A stretch of 64,000 bases of DNA from Octopus sinensis (GCF_006345805.1 NC_043000.1:86552001-86616000); one strand, 5' to 3'; numbered from the stretch's first letter, positions 25,618-38,432 are shown. Numbers and translations are program-made. The notes: a model not told the origin generated them from the letters alone.

Positions 25618-27632
25618 CATCATCATCATCATCATCGTTTAACGTCCACTTTCCATGCTAGCATGGGTTGGACGATTTGACTGAGGACTGGCAAACCAGT
25701 TGGCTGCACCAGGCTCCAATCTTGATTTGGCAGAGTTTCTACAGCTGGATGCCCTTCCTAACGCCAACCACTCGGAGAGTGTAGTAGGTGCTTTTACATG
25801 TCACCGTCATGAGGGCCAGTCAGGCAGTACTGGCAACGGCCATGCTCAAATGGTGTTTTTTTACATGCCACCTGCACAGGAGCCAGTCCAGCAGCACTGG
25901 CAACAACCTTGCCAGTCATTGAATTTGATTTTGATTTCACTTGCCTCAACAGGTCTTTGCAAGCAGAGTTTAGAGTCCAATGAAGGAAAGGTATGCATAA
26001 GTGGGTTGGTTACACCCCTGGCATAGGCCATGAGGTTATGGTCTCATATGGCTTGCCGGGTCCTCTCAAGCACAGCATATTTCCAAAAATTTCGGTCACT
26101 AGTCATTGCTTCAGTGAGGCCTAATGTTTGAAGATTGTGCTTCACCACTTCATCCCAGGTCTTCCTGGGTCTACCTCTTCCACAGGTTCCCTCAACTGCT
26201 AGGGAGTGGCACTTTTTCACACAGCTATCCTCATCCATTTTCGCCACATGACCAAACCAGCACAGTCGTCTCTTTTGCAAACAACATCGGATGCTTCTTA
26301 GGTCTAACTTTTCTCTCAAGGTACTTACACTCTGTCAAGTATGCACACTGACACCCATTAGATCATACTGGCTTCATTGCCATGTAGCATGGCTGTTCGT
26401 ACACATGCGTCATACAGTCTACCTTTTACTCTGAACGAGAGGCCCTTTGTCACCGGCAGAGGTAAGAGCTCTCTGAACTTTGCCCAAGCTATTCTTATTC
26501 TAGCAGCTACACTTTCAGTGCACCCTCCCCCACTACTGACTTGGTCACCTAGGTAACAGAAGCTATCAACTACTTCTAGTTTTTCTCCCTGTAATGTAGC
26601 GGAAGTTTTTCTCTGCACATTTTCAGTGTTTATTGCTCCTGAGCATTTGCCACATGCAAAAACTATCTTCCCAGTTAGCCTTCCTTTGACATTGCTGCAC
26701 CTCTTATGTGTCCATAGCTTACACTGGGTACATCTTATAGAGTTTCTACCTATGCCTTTTCTACAGATCAAGCAGGGCCATCTACCTGAAGGGATTTGTG
26801 GTTTGCCTGCCTTCTTACTTATTAGGACTTTGGTTTTAGCTAAGTTGACTCTAAGGCCCTTCGATTCTAATCCTTGTTTCCACACTTGAAACTTCTCCTC
26901 TAGTTCTGATAGTGACTCAGCAATTAGAGCAAGGTTGTCAGCATAGAGGAGCTCCCAGGGGCATCAAGTCTTGAATTCCTCTGTTATTGCCTGAAGGACT
27001 ATGATAAATAGGAAGGGGCTAAGGACTGAACCTTGATGGATCCCTACCTCTACCCGAAATTCTTCACTGTACTCGTTGCCAACCCTCACTTTACTGACAG
27101 TGTCCCTGTACATGGCTTGCACAGCTCTCACTAACGATTCATCTATCCCTAGTTTCCTCATTGATCACCAGATAAGGGATTGGGGACCCTGTCAAAGGCT
27201 TTCTCTATGTCAACAAAAGCCAGGTACTAAGGTTTATCTTTGGCTAGGTATTTCTCCCGCAGCTGTCTTACCAGAAATATGGCATCAATGGTGTTTTTCC
27301 CTGGCACAAACCCAAACTGCATCTCATCTAAACTGACTCTCTCCCTAATTAGTTGGGCTATGACCCTCTCCATGACTTTCATTACCTGATCTAACAGCTT
27401 GATACCCCTGTAATTATTTGTATCAAAGCGTCACCTTTTCCTTTGTAGCAGTTAACTATAGTGCTGCTACACCAGTGATTGGGTGTGACTCCTTCGTGTA
27501 TCACCTGGTTAACTATACGGGTGACTAGGCTATAGCCGACACTGCCAGATATTTTGAGCATCTCTGCAGTGATTCCTGATGGGCCGGGGGCTTTCCCTGT
27601 CTTCATACTCTTAATTGCTTTATCTACCAAGG
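25618..27632 (-). mobile_element. 5'-truncated RTE-type LINE (copy E) with RT and PHD-type finger
   Basis: ORFs 27391-27630, 26964-27161, 26358-26885, 26044-26319 homologous to copies B and D; (GAT)n tail. Confidence 0.95.
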
Positions 27633-27689
27633 TTATGAATAATAATATTCTTAAAATAATAGGTCTAAATATAAATCATAGTTTGTTCT

Positions 27690-27882
27690 TGCCACCACTT
27701 GTCAACCAGTGTTGTTGTGTTTATGTCCTAATAATTTAGTAGTTCAGCACAAGAGGTCGATAGAATAAGTACCAGGTTTAAAGAAAAAGCAAAGTACTTG
27801 AGTCAATTATTCATTTGACTAAAATTCTTCAAGAGTGTACCCCAGCATGGCTGCAGTCTAATGACCGAAGCAAGTAAAAGAT
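27690..27882 (+). mobile_element. SINE family A, 3' part
   Basis: gatagaataagtaccagg...cccagcatggctgcagtctaatgaccgaagcaagtaaaag. Confidence 0.75.
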
Positions 27883-27899
27883 ATGTGTGTATATATATA

Positions 27900-28082
27900 G
27901 ATCGGTAGCCACTACACACAATTTATTTTCTCTCCTTGTGTTTTTTCTGTGTCCCTTTCTGTAGAAGAGCGTAGGCTCGAAACGTAAAAGACTTCTTCAA
28001 TTCCTGAGCGTTATACTATTACATCTGTATGTTTTCTACACCACCTATCTTGGTCTTTTGTTTTTTCGTGAACTCTCCCCCT
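27900..28082 (+). mobile_element. PLE terminal remnant (same family as 34482-34690)
   Basis: Colinear with the reverse complement of 34482-34685; contains a hammerhead-like motif. Confidence 0.8.
27955..27990 (+). ncRNA. Minimal hammerhead-like motif, A6U core variant
   Basis: cttt CTGTAGA a GAGC gtag GCTC GAAA cg TA aaag. Confidence 0.6.
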
Positions 28083-28169
28083 ATATATATATGTGTGTGT
28101 GTGTTTATATATTTATGTATGCACGTGTCTATGTTATTGTTATTTTTAATGTTCAGTTCTTTGATTTGA

Positions 28170-28170
28170 C

Positions 28171-28240
<70 letters not shown>

Positions 28241-28263
28241 TAGATAGATAGATAGATAGATAT

Positions 28264-28346
<83 letters not shown>

Positions 28347-28347
28347 G

Positions 28348-28418
<71 letters not shown>

Positions 28419-28440
28419 CAGATAGATAGATAGATAGATA
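28170..28440. repeat. (GATA)n microsatellite
   Basis: Direct inspection. Confidence 0.97.
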
Positions 28441-28549
28441 TTCTTAACCCAAACTGTCCGACGAACGGGAACATTAAACGCCGAGTAACAGTTATTGTGA
28501 TGTCTTTACAGCTTTATTAATAAAGCATATTACTCTACCTCCAGTATTC

Positions 28550-28595
<46 letters not shown>

Positions 28596-29889
28596 CAGCG
28601 AGTATAGGAGTATGTTTGTGTGCTGCGAAATAGGCAAGTGCACGCACTTCCAATGTTGAACCAGTTTTAAAGAATCATTTTGACTGATAAAATTGTTAAT
28701 TGCAGAAATATTTTTTTCCTTTTGAACTTAGACAAAGTTACCTCTTTTATACAAAGTTAATCTTTACGAGAACTTATACAAACTGAAAACTATACACACA
28801 AAATAAAATAACAGTTATAAAAATGAAATCACATACCGATGTTCCTACAAGATTATTCAGCACTGAACAACAAACATATAGGTGAATGAATCGATTAAGA
28901 GCAGCGATCTGTCACAATACACCTTCGTATTACTGTTGCTCCTACACACTACCCAGTTCACCTAAGCCAAAATAACAAATGAGCAGTGAACAAGCTTTTA
29001 AAGTAATACCACACATACCAGAAATTAGTGACATTTTAACACAATCATTAGGTTACAGGTTGGGTGGTGTTTAACTGAAAGGTGACTGTGGCTAGTCGGT
29101 CCTCCACTTCTAATTTAGGCGCTTAGTTGGTACACCTTAGTTTAAGGTCAACCCTCATTCGGCAGATCCATGAAGAGATGCATTCCAGCCGTGGCCATTC
29201 TGTCTTTACCGTTATATAGGAATATGTAATGCATTTTTTACTTACCCTATGATTGTAGGGTGTGATTTAAACATTTTTAGCTGCTGTTTCTAACATATAC
29301 AAACAACCATACAGGGGTTCTTTCGTTAGCTAGTCGTTACTGATTGTTTAGCTCAAAAACAGCACTGTCCGAGCAGACCCATAATCAGAAACATCCCAGC
29401 CGTGACGACCACGATTTTTCACACATAATCTATCTAGGAGAACAGTTCAATGTGTCTTCAATATTTTGATACAAGAGAGTATCATTTGGCGGGGACTTAG
29501 CTTATTTTTATGGAAAGTGAAGTGGCCCACATTGAGGCCTGCTATCGCATTGTTAATACAATAAGACGCACAACTTCCACACACAACCAAATGAAATAAT
29601 AGCCGTGTTGTATTTTTATGTTGTTCCATAGGGAGTAAAGATAAAAGGTAAGCGAATAAAAGATAATACGATATACGTATAAATGACATATTATTAATAC
29701 AAAATATAAAACATGCTGGGAAAAGGAGAAATAAACTAAATGGAATCAGAATTTAAATGAAACGTATTTGTAAATATTTTGAAGAGTTTACATGAACAGA
29801 AAAAAAGCAAAATTTTTTCATGTACCTGATATAAAAAGATTGTGAGCACACAGACACACACCAATTCACAAACACACACATAAATATAA

Positions 29890-30276
29890 ACGCAGGCGTG
29901 GCTGTGTGGTAAGAAGCTTGCTTCCCAACCACATGGTTCCGAGTTCAGTGGCCCTTAGCCTCGGGCCGACCACAGCCTTTGAGTGGATTTGGTAGACGGA
30001 AACTGAAAGAAGCCCGTCGTATGTGTGTGTGTGTGTGTGTCGTATATACATACATGTATGTATATATTTGTGTGTCTGTGTTTGCACCCCACCATCGTTT
30101 AGCAACTGATGTTGGTGTGTTTACGTCCCCGTAACTTAATGGTTCGGCAAAAGAGACCAGTAGAATAAGTACTAGGCTTACTAAGAATAAGTTCTGGGGT
30201 CACTTTGTTCGACTGAAAGCGATACTCCAGCATGGCCGCAGTCAAATGACTGAAACAACTAAAAGAATAAAAGAAT
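29890..30276 (+). mobile_element. SINE family A (internal deletion)
   Basis: gcaggcgtggctgtgtggtaagaagc...ccagcatggccgcagtcaaatgactgaaac. Confidence 0.9.
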
Positions 30277-30331
30277 ATAAATATATGTAATCATACAGGC
30301 ATATATACACATATTATATAATATATATTTT

Positions 30332-30545
30332 TTCTTTTACTTGTTTCAGTCATTTGACTGCGGCCATGCTGGAGCACTGCCTTTAGTTGAACAAATCAAC
30401 CCCATGACTTATTCTTTGTAAGCCTAGTACTTATTCTATTGGTCTCTCTTCCCAAACTGTTAGGTTATGGGGACGTAAACACACCAACATCGGTGTCAAG
30501 CAATGGTGTGGAGGGAGGACAAACAGACACACAAATACATACATG
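30332..30545 (-). mobile_element. SINE family A, 3' half, inverted relative to its neighbour
   Basis: cttttacttgtttcagtcatttgactgcggccatgctggagc. Confidence 0.9.
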
Positions 30546-31400
30546 TGTGTGTGTATGACCATCGACATTGTCATTTAATGTTTTCTTTCCTATGCTTGTT
30601 TGGATTAGACAGAAATTTGTTGAGACAGGTTTTCTATGACTGGATGCCCTTCCTTATGCCAACCATTTTGCAGAATGTCTCTGAATATCAATATATATAT
30701 ATATATGTGTGAGTGTGTGTACTTATGCACATATGTTTATGTATACACACGCACAGGCATGTATATTTGTGTGTGTGTGTGATAGTTGCAAACAATGAGA
30801 ATGAGAAATCAACACCATGTTTGGTGGATAAATACATTCTTTATTTGTGGCTCTACTAGGTTGCCATTCCTTTCATGTGATGATAATACAATTATCAAGA
30901 ATTCTGTTTAAAAATATTGGTAATCTGTGCCTATTTGAGATACGCCTTTGTTGTGAGTTGGATGAATAGCCTTATCCAGATGAAGGTGGATTACTAATAT
31001 CATGTAGTGGAATGTTTGATAATGTGATAGTATCATATGAAACCAATTGTAGCATGGTATATACAAATATATGGAATATATTTATCCTCCAAATGTGATG
31101 TTGAGTTCTTATTCTCAGTGTTTGTCACTATCATACCCACACCCCTGTGATTTTCAAATATCTGATGATCACTAAATACAAACAAGGAATCAAAAAACTA
31201 TATATATATATATCTATTATATAAAACTGTATGTGGCTGAGCATTATCCTGATGGAAAAATACCTTTCATCTTGAAACCGAAAATGATCATTTTTCTTCT
31301 AGCATTCAAGCTGCTCGCAGTAGATGACACCCTTTTGCAGATGACACACACACACACACACATATATACAAGAGTTAAGGAATGGAGTAGATAAGATCCA

Positions 31401-31485
31401 GGCTACATATATTTCATAGTGACTGGAACCTCAGAAAGTGGTAAATATCCATGCGAGGTGTATACCACAGACTACTCTTCAGGCC
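31401..31485 (-). ncRNA. Hammerhead-like motif (left arm)
   Basis: Minus strand: ggc CTGAAGA gtagt...actat GAAA tatatg TA gcc. Confidence 0.6.
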
Positions 31486-31870
31486 AAGGATATCTTGATT
31501 AAATGGAAGTTTACATTGTTGTAAGGACGTACATGTTAACACATGGAAGATTCAAAAATATTTTCCTCCCCTCTTCCCTCCTTATTATCTTTTTTCAAAT
31601 ACCACTCCCCTTGCTAATTTCTGTGATTCAGCCAAAACAGCCCTATTGAATACTACCGGTCAAATGGCCTTGCTTAGATTCTTAATTTCTCTCACTACCT
31701 AATATTTTTCCTTTTTCCCTTCTTTTAATCCTTATTTCTCTCTACTTTATATTCTCTCCTACTGTGCTCTCTACACATTCTGATTGAATATTCCATGTGT
31801 TAACCTCCTTGCAAAATTCCATGTGTACCTCCTTGCAAAATGTAAACTTTCATTTAATCAAGATATCCCT

Positions 31871-31954
31871 GGCCTGAAGAGTAGCCTACAGTATACATCT
31901 CACTTGGATATTTACCACTCCTGAGGTTCCACTTGCTATGAAACATGTGTAGCT
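31871..31954 (+). ncRNA. Hammerhead-like motif (right arm)
   Basis: ggc CTGAAGA gtagc...gctat GAAA catgtg TA gct. Confidence 0.65.
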
Positions 31955-32281
31955 CAGATCTTATCTACTCCATTCCTTAACTTCTGTATTCTTATCCACA
32001 CACCCAGCAACCCCAGTCACCTACTATAAAATATAAAAAGAACATTTTTCAGTTTATTATACTTTGACACAAAAAAATCCATAACCTTCCATCTCAATAA
32101 ACCACTATTGTCCCCTACGGATTGCTTGAAGCTAACTTTCTTCTTACACCTTGATCCCTGGATCTTATAGATATATATACATATATAAATACACACACAT
32201 ACACACACATATATATATCAACCTGTATATGCCAGATAGTGGCATAGCATCATTATGAACAACCACTTGAGGAAATTAAAG

Positions 32282-32318
<37 letters not shown>

Positions 32319-32433
32319 AGTAAAAGAATAATAAAAGAATGAAAAAAAAAGCTGTGGGGCTGCAAGACAAACAGACAAGAGTGGATAACACAATGGAAAA
32401 ATGAAAACAGCTCTAAAGGTCTATAGACACATG

Positions 32434-32470
<37 letters not shown>

Positions 32471-32489
32471 CAGAGAGAGAGAGAGATAC

Positions 32490-33415
32490 ATGTATATGTA
32501 TTTGTCCATAACTCAACATGTGGAATGGCAGCAATTTTTTGATGAATGTCATCTTAATTGTTGAACAGATTGAGGGTGATTTCAGGTATCCCCCCACGGA
32601 AAAAAATTGCATGGGTTCAAATCAGGTGATCAGGACTAACTGATGTCACTGCACAATGTGATCAAATGATCAAGGAACATCTCCCTCAAAATCTCCATCG
32701 CACATCAAGAAGTGTGAGCTGTTGCCCCATCCTGTTGAAACCAACCATTATCACTATTGTCAAGTTCATTCAATTTGGGTTTCAGAAAAGTCTCTAGCAT
32801 CACACAATATTAATCAGAGTTCACAGTCACTCTAACATTGTCTTCTTTGAAGAGGTACAGACCCCAAATGCCGAATTCTGCTGCTGCAGAATTTCAAGTA
32901 AGGTACAGGATCATATCTATCAAGCCTTAAGTACACACGGAACACACTTCGTGTTTCAGTTACAGATTCATTGTTCTCGATAAACGTTTCCACGATGAAA
33001 GTGCAATGCTCGCCTGTCCAATTCATGTTATTTCTTTACTGCCCACAAGGGGCGACACACAGAGGGGACAAACAAGGACAGACAAACGGATTAAGTCGAT
33101 TATATCGACCCCAGTGCATAACTGATACTTAATTTATCAACCCCGAAAGGATGAAAGGCAAAGTTGACCTCGGTGGAATTTGAACTCAGAACGTAGCGGC
33201 AGACGAAATACTGTCAAGCATTTTACCTGGCATGCTAACATTTCTGCCAGCTCACCGCCTTCTGTCCAATTCATGTTGGCAACTGAAAACATATTTAAAC
33301 AAAATATCACAAATGGCACCACGTGAAACAAAATGGCAATATATGTACATTTTGAAAATAAAAACACACTTTTATTAAACCTACAAATGTGTCAGATCAT
33401 TTTACTAGACCCTGT
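32490..33415 (-). mobile_element. Tc1/mariner-superfamily relic (DUF4817-like N-terminal HTH), interrupted by a SINE
   Basis: MNWTGEHCTFIVETFIENNESVTET; WFQQDGATAHTS; SPDLNPCNFF..GYLK; 5' end tacagggtc. Confidence 0.75.
33030..33261 (-). mobile_element. tRNA-derived SINE family B (Meta-domain-like) with 16-bp TSD
   Basis: Head aaggcggtgagctggcag; central gcctttcatcctttcggggttgataaattaagta; TSD ctgtccaattcatgtt at 33014-33029 and 33262-33277. Confidence 0.92.
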
Positions 33416-33812
33416 ATATATGAGTAGTATGAGATACGGATTCAGGGAATCATATGGCTATCACTGAAGGCTCCACTTTTAAACTTAGTAAACAGTCCGC
33501 ATAGTAACACAGGAAGTGTAATGTTGAGTGTCCATGCAGCTGAAATCCTGCAGATCTGATCAATGAAATTGTTTCACGAAGAGTATATAAACCATAAAAG
33601 TCAAGAGAGGTGAATATATATTTAATTAACCAGATGACGTCCTTGAGATTATGGCTCTTTCACAACCTTCTTTGTGTAGTATAAATTTCAGTGTACAAGA
33701 AATTAAGCGTAATCAATCTATTTATCCATCTAATTATCTATGTATACATATATGTATACACACACACACACATATATGTGTGTGTATACATATGTAGATA
33801 TACATGCATACA

Positions 33813-33871
<59 letters not shown>

Positions 33872-34305
33872 ATGGGTGTGTAGTAAGGAGCTTATTTCCC
33901 AACCACATGGTTTTGGGTTCAGTCCTACTGCATGGCACCTTAGGCAAGTATCTTCTACTATAGCCTCAGGCCAGCCAAAGCCTTCTGAGTGGATTTGGTA
34001 GACGGAAAATAAAAGAAGCCCATTGGATATATATATCTATATATACACACACACACACACATATATATGTATGTATATATATGTGTGTGTGTGTATCTGT
34101 ATAAATATATTTATGTGTATGTGTCTTTGTTTGTCACCCCACTATTGCTTGACAACTGATGTTGGTGTGTTTACATTCATGTAACTTAGCGGTTCGGCAA
34201 AAGAGACCACGAGAATAAGTACTACGCTTACAAAGAATAAGTACTAAAAACCCTTTAAATCGAAGCTCCAGCATGTCCACAGTCAAGTGAATGAAACAAG
34301 TAACA
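33872..34305 (+). mobile_element. SINE family A, full length
   Basis: Head, ggcaccttaggcaagtatctt core, ccagcatgtccacagtcaagtgaatgaaacaag tail. Confidence 0.85.
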
Positions 34306-34449
34306 GAATATATATATATAACCCATGCTAGCATGGAAAACGGACGCTAAACGATGATGATATATATATATCTACAGGTGTGACTGTGTGGTAAGAAGCT
34401 TACTTCCATGTAAATGGATTTGGTAGAAGGTAACTGAAAGAAACGTGTC

Positions 34450-34481
<32 letters not shown>

Positions 34482-35611
34482 CGGGAAGGTTTATGAAAAT
34501 AAACAAAAGATGAAGGCAGGTGGAGTACAAACAAACAATTGTATTAGTATAGCGCTCAGGAATAGAAATAGAAAAAGTCTTTTACGTTTCGAACCCACGC
34601 TCTTCGACAGAAAGATACACAGAAAAAAAAAAACAAGGAGAGAAACATGGAGAGAAAAAAATGCGTGTAGGAGCTAACGATCTATCATGGTATTCTGACA
34701 GTGGTCAGATGTGAGAAGGACAGTAGGGGAGATAACAGGGTCAAGTGACTTCCAAAACGAAGGTGCCCCCAACACAAAGGTGCATGTGTGTATAAGAGAG
34801 TATGTATGTGCGTGTGAAAGAGGGCTGGTGGTCTGGACGTGTGTGGGTGTGGAGATGTGGGGATGGGTGTATGGGTGGTGTGTTATGATGTGATATGTGT
34901 ATGTATGTGTAAAAATGTGGGGATGGGTGTGTGGGCGGTGTGCTAGAGGGAGGAGGGAGTGGTGGGGAGTGAGGGAGCAGAGAGAAAGAGAGAAGGGGAA
35001 GAAGGGAGAAGGGGAAAAGAAGGGAAAGAGAGTAGGGGTGAAAAGATGTAGGACTGAAGAGAAGTAGGAGTCGGGGAGGATGTTAGATGAAAAGGGGTGG
35101 GGAGAGTTGAGCCCAAATGGCGTAAAAGAGCGAAGAGAGAAGATTAATCCCTGTTCACGTCGCAAGTGGGAATCCGGATGGCCTCTGTGCAAGGACAATT
35201 CGAACACAGACAGGTGTTGCAAGGAGTGACCCATGGAGCAGAAATGGCGTGAGACTGGAGTGTCATTGGCGAGGCGGATATCTCGGAGGTGTTCTGCGAA
35301 CTGGTCAGCCAAGCGGCGTCCCGTTTGTCCGATGTACAGGGAATGGCAGAGAGAGCAGGAGATGCAATAGATGATATTGCTGGAAGTGCAGGTGAAGGAG
35401 TCGATGATGCGATAGGGTCGATGATGGGTGCTGGTGAGGAAGGTGGTGTTGGGGAGGTAAGGGCAAGTGCGGCAATGTGGGCGGGAGCAGGGGAACGAGC
35501 TAGGTTGGGAGGTAGGGTCGGGGAAGAAGCTGTGGACCAAGAGGTCTCGTAGGTTATGGGCTCGTTTGAAGAAGGGGAGGGGTTGGTTAGGGAAGAGGTG
35601 TGAAGTGGACA
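34482..35611 (-). mobile_element. Penelope-like element (Neptune-type) 3' part: Cys-rich linker, GIY-YIG endonuclease, terminal region
   Basis: NLRDLLVHS..PCSRPHCRTCPY..FTCTSSNIIYCISCSLC..LYIGQTGRRLA..EH..REQ..I..L....P.GLN. Confidence 0.9.
34579..34614 (-). ncRNA. Minimal hammerhead-like motif, A6U core variant
   Basis: Minus strand: cttt CTGTCGA a GAGC gtgg GTTC GAAA cg TA aaag. Confidence 0.6.
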
Positions 35612-35658
35612 TATATATACTTATATATATACACACGCAATATATATTTATATATATA

Positions 35659-36946
35659 CAGGGTGGGGAAGCAAAATTTACAATGAACGTTAAGTTGTTT
35701 TTTCTCAGCAGGAACTAAGTCAACTGTTTTGAAACCTAGCACATATTGATGTCATAATGATACCTAACATTATTATCCTTACCTTTTCAGAAACTTTTGC
35801 CCATATGAGTAATCAGAAAAGCAAAAGTCAAAGAGGGTGTGATTTGCTGAATGCACTTGTCACACCAAAGGAGATTTCAAGAATAGTTGGAGTGTCCATA
35901 ATGACTTTATAATGTAAAGAATAGAATGACTATGAGCAAAACTATTACGAGGAAGTCTGGAAGTTGAGGAATCAACAAAAAACGTACCAAAGCTTTTATT
36001 AAATCTTTCAAATCCAAAATCCTAAAGGATACATCGAAATCCATTAGAAAAATGGCAATTGAACTTGAGGTAGATAACAAGACCAATAGAAATGCAGTAA
36101 AATATGATTTGAGGTTAAAATCTTACACAAGAACACCAAAACACTTGTTGACAACAACTATGAAGGAAAAGAGATTGGAAAGGTGCAAGAAAATTATTAC
36201 ATGGTGCAAGAAAAAGTCCTCCATTGTAACAATCTTTTCAGACAAAAAGATCTTCACTGTCGATGCTGTTCTGAACCGTAGAAATGACAGATTTATAGCA
36301 AAATCGACAGCTGAGGTTAAGAGGACATTGAAAACAAAACATCCTGCTCAAGTTATGGCTTTTGGTGTTGTGGCTTCCGATGGAAAAAAGATGACTATAA
36401 AATTCTACAAAGCTGATGAAAAGATCAATGTTAATACTTACTACAAGACTCTGAGATACCAGGTATTGCTATGGCTTAAAGCAAACTACCCAAATGGTAA
36501 TTATGTATGGACACAGGATGGTACTCCAGCCCAAACAGCTAGAAAAATACAAGATTTCTGCAAATCCAACTTTAGCAATTTTTTGGAATCATGTTTATGG
36601 CCGCCTTCTAGCCCAGATCTAAACCCTCTGGATTATGCACTTTGGGGTGTTTTAGAACATGCTACCAATAGAACCTCACACAGCAATGTTGACTCTCTTA
36701 AAGATACTATTAAAGAAGAATGGGAGAAGTTGTCTTCCGAATATTTGAGGAACACTTGTGCAAGTTTCAGGAAGTGTGTGGAGGCAGTTATTGAGAAAGA
36801 AGGAGGATACATAGAATAAAAACATTTTCTATTATGTAAATTTTCTTGTGGCAAATAAATTCTCATGACTTTCAATAAACTAATTGGTCATACACTGTCT
36901 TTCAACCCCTGCCTCAAAATATTGTAAATTTTGCTTCCCCACCCTA
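35659..36946 (+). mobile_element. DD37D (maT-type) Tc1/mariner transposon with 26-bp TIRs; 5' ORF disrupted
   Basis: TIR cagggtggggaagcaaaatttacaat / attgtaaattttgcttccccaccct; IFSDKK, WTQDG-(37 aa between Asp)-NPLDY; TA flanks. Confidence 0.93.
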
Positions 36947-37074
36947 TACACACATATATAAATTTAAAATAATAAGGGTGAAAAACTGAATATTAATTTG
37001 ATTAATATCAATTTAAAACCGGTGGTCTAGCATATAGAAAAATATGTAGATTCACACTTTAGGAATTGTAACTT

Positions 37075-37984
37075 GTTGCTTAAAGTCTAACCTCATTCAG
37101 TGTGACAGTTGACCACCTGAACAGATGAAAACATCATGAAAATCCATGAACTGATCTTGGAAAAAATTTGTTGATATGACTGGTGTTTCCTGGAGCTCCT
37201 CTCAATGAATTTTAAGTAAGACATTTCAAATGAAAAGAATTGCAGCAAAATTTGTGCCTCACTTGCTCATGGAAGACCAAAAGCAATCATGAACTGAAAG
37301 AACAGTTGGAAGTTGCTCCAAACCTTTCTTTGCAGGTCATCACTGGTGATGAAATTTGGTGCTATGGCCCGGAAACGAAGCAGCAATCAAATCAATGGAA
37401 GCATTCAATGTCACCTACCCCTAGAAGTACATCAAGTGAAATTCAGTGTCAAGATGATGCTGGTTTGTTTCATTGATGTGAAAGAAATTGTCCAGACAGT
37501 ATTTGCTCCTCTAATCAAACTGTTAACCAGGCATTTTATTTGGCTATTCTGAACTGTTTGTGAGACAGAGTGATATGAAAATGCCCTGACCAGTGGCAAA
37601 TTGCAGAGTGGTGGTTTCATCATAACAATGCACCTTTACACACCACTTTGAGTATGAGACAGCTTTTGACTAAAAATGGCATGACCCCATTTACCCAGCC
37701 TCCCTATTCATCCGGTCTTGTTCCCTGCAACTATTTTTTGTTTCTCCAAATGAAAAAAGTCCTTAAAGGAAAGTATTTTGCAGATGTTGAAGAGGTTAAA
37801 AAAAACAATAGAGGCTTTAAAAGGCATCATTTCACAAGAGTCCTAGGACTACTTCAAACAGTAGAAAATGCATCTGGGCCAATGCATTGCTTCAAATGGA
37901 AAATACTTTGAAGGCGATGAACATGCAAAACTAAGTGAATAAAATATATTGCAAAATTCCAGTTTCTTTTGGGTACCTCCTCGC
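37075..37984 (+). mobile_element. Degenerate mariner transposon
   Basis: VITGDEIWCYG, HHNNAP, PPYSSGLVPCNYFLF; 3' end ttttgggtacctcctcg. Confidence 0.85.
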
Positions 37985-38237
37985 ATATATATATGTTCAA
38001 ATATGAAATAGAAGCAGTGTTAGTGTAATAAGCATTATCAACCACATATACTTAATGTATACACAAAGCATATTCCTTAACTTTAAGTGGTTAATAATGT
38101 TTACATATATGTGTATACATGTATATATATATATATATATAAATATATATGTATATCATATATATATACACACACACACATGTATGTATGTATGTATCTA
38201 TCTATATAAATATATATATATATGTGTGTGTGTGTGT

Positions 38238-38432
38238 ACCATTGGCGATTTTTTTTTCCTCCGTCTTCCCTTCTCTGGATCTTTCCTTTTCCTATGTTTC
38301 TGACGAAGAGCTCCGCTCGAAACATAAAACCCTCCTTCTTCCCTTCCTTCCTGAGCATCCAATAATACTATATTTGTTCCACGTCTTCGCGTTGTTGTGT
38401 TTTCTCTTTGTGTTTTCATGTTTGGATTAACT
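38238..38432 (+). mobile_element. PLE terminal remnant related to 27900-28082
   Basis: Similar layout (hammerhead, then ttcctgagc..taatac..tttgt) flanked by TA repeats. Confidence 0.7.
38296..38330 (+). ncRNA. Minimal hammerhead-like motif (canonical CUGACGA; stem III mutated)
   Basis: gttt CTGACGA a GAGC tcc GCTC GAAA ca TA aaac. Confidence 0.6.

Larger units (their letters stand above)
31373..31983. mobile_element. Inverted ~145-bp arms (31373-31517 / 31839-31983), each with a hammerhead motif; probable PLE inverted pseudo-LTR remnant
   Basis: agttaaggaatggagtagataagatc...ttacatt is the reverse complement of aatgtaaac...gatcttatctactccattccttaact. Confidence 0.75.

Noticed and set aside
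28019-28474. 151-aa ORF with SIYL repeats
   Set aside because: Translation of (GATA)n
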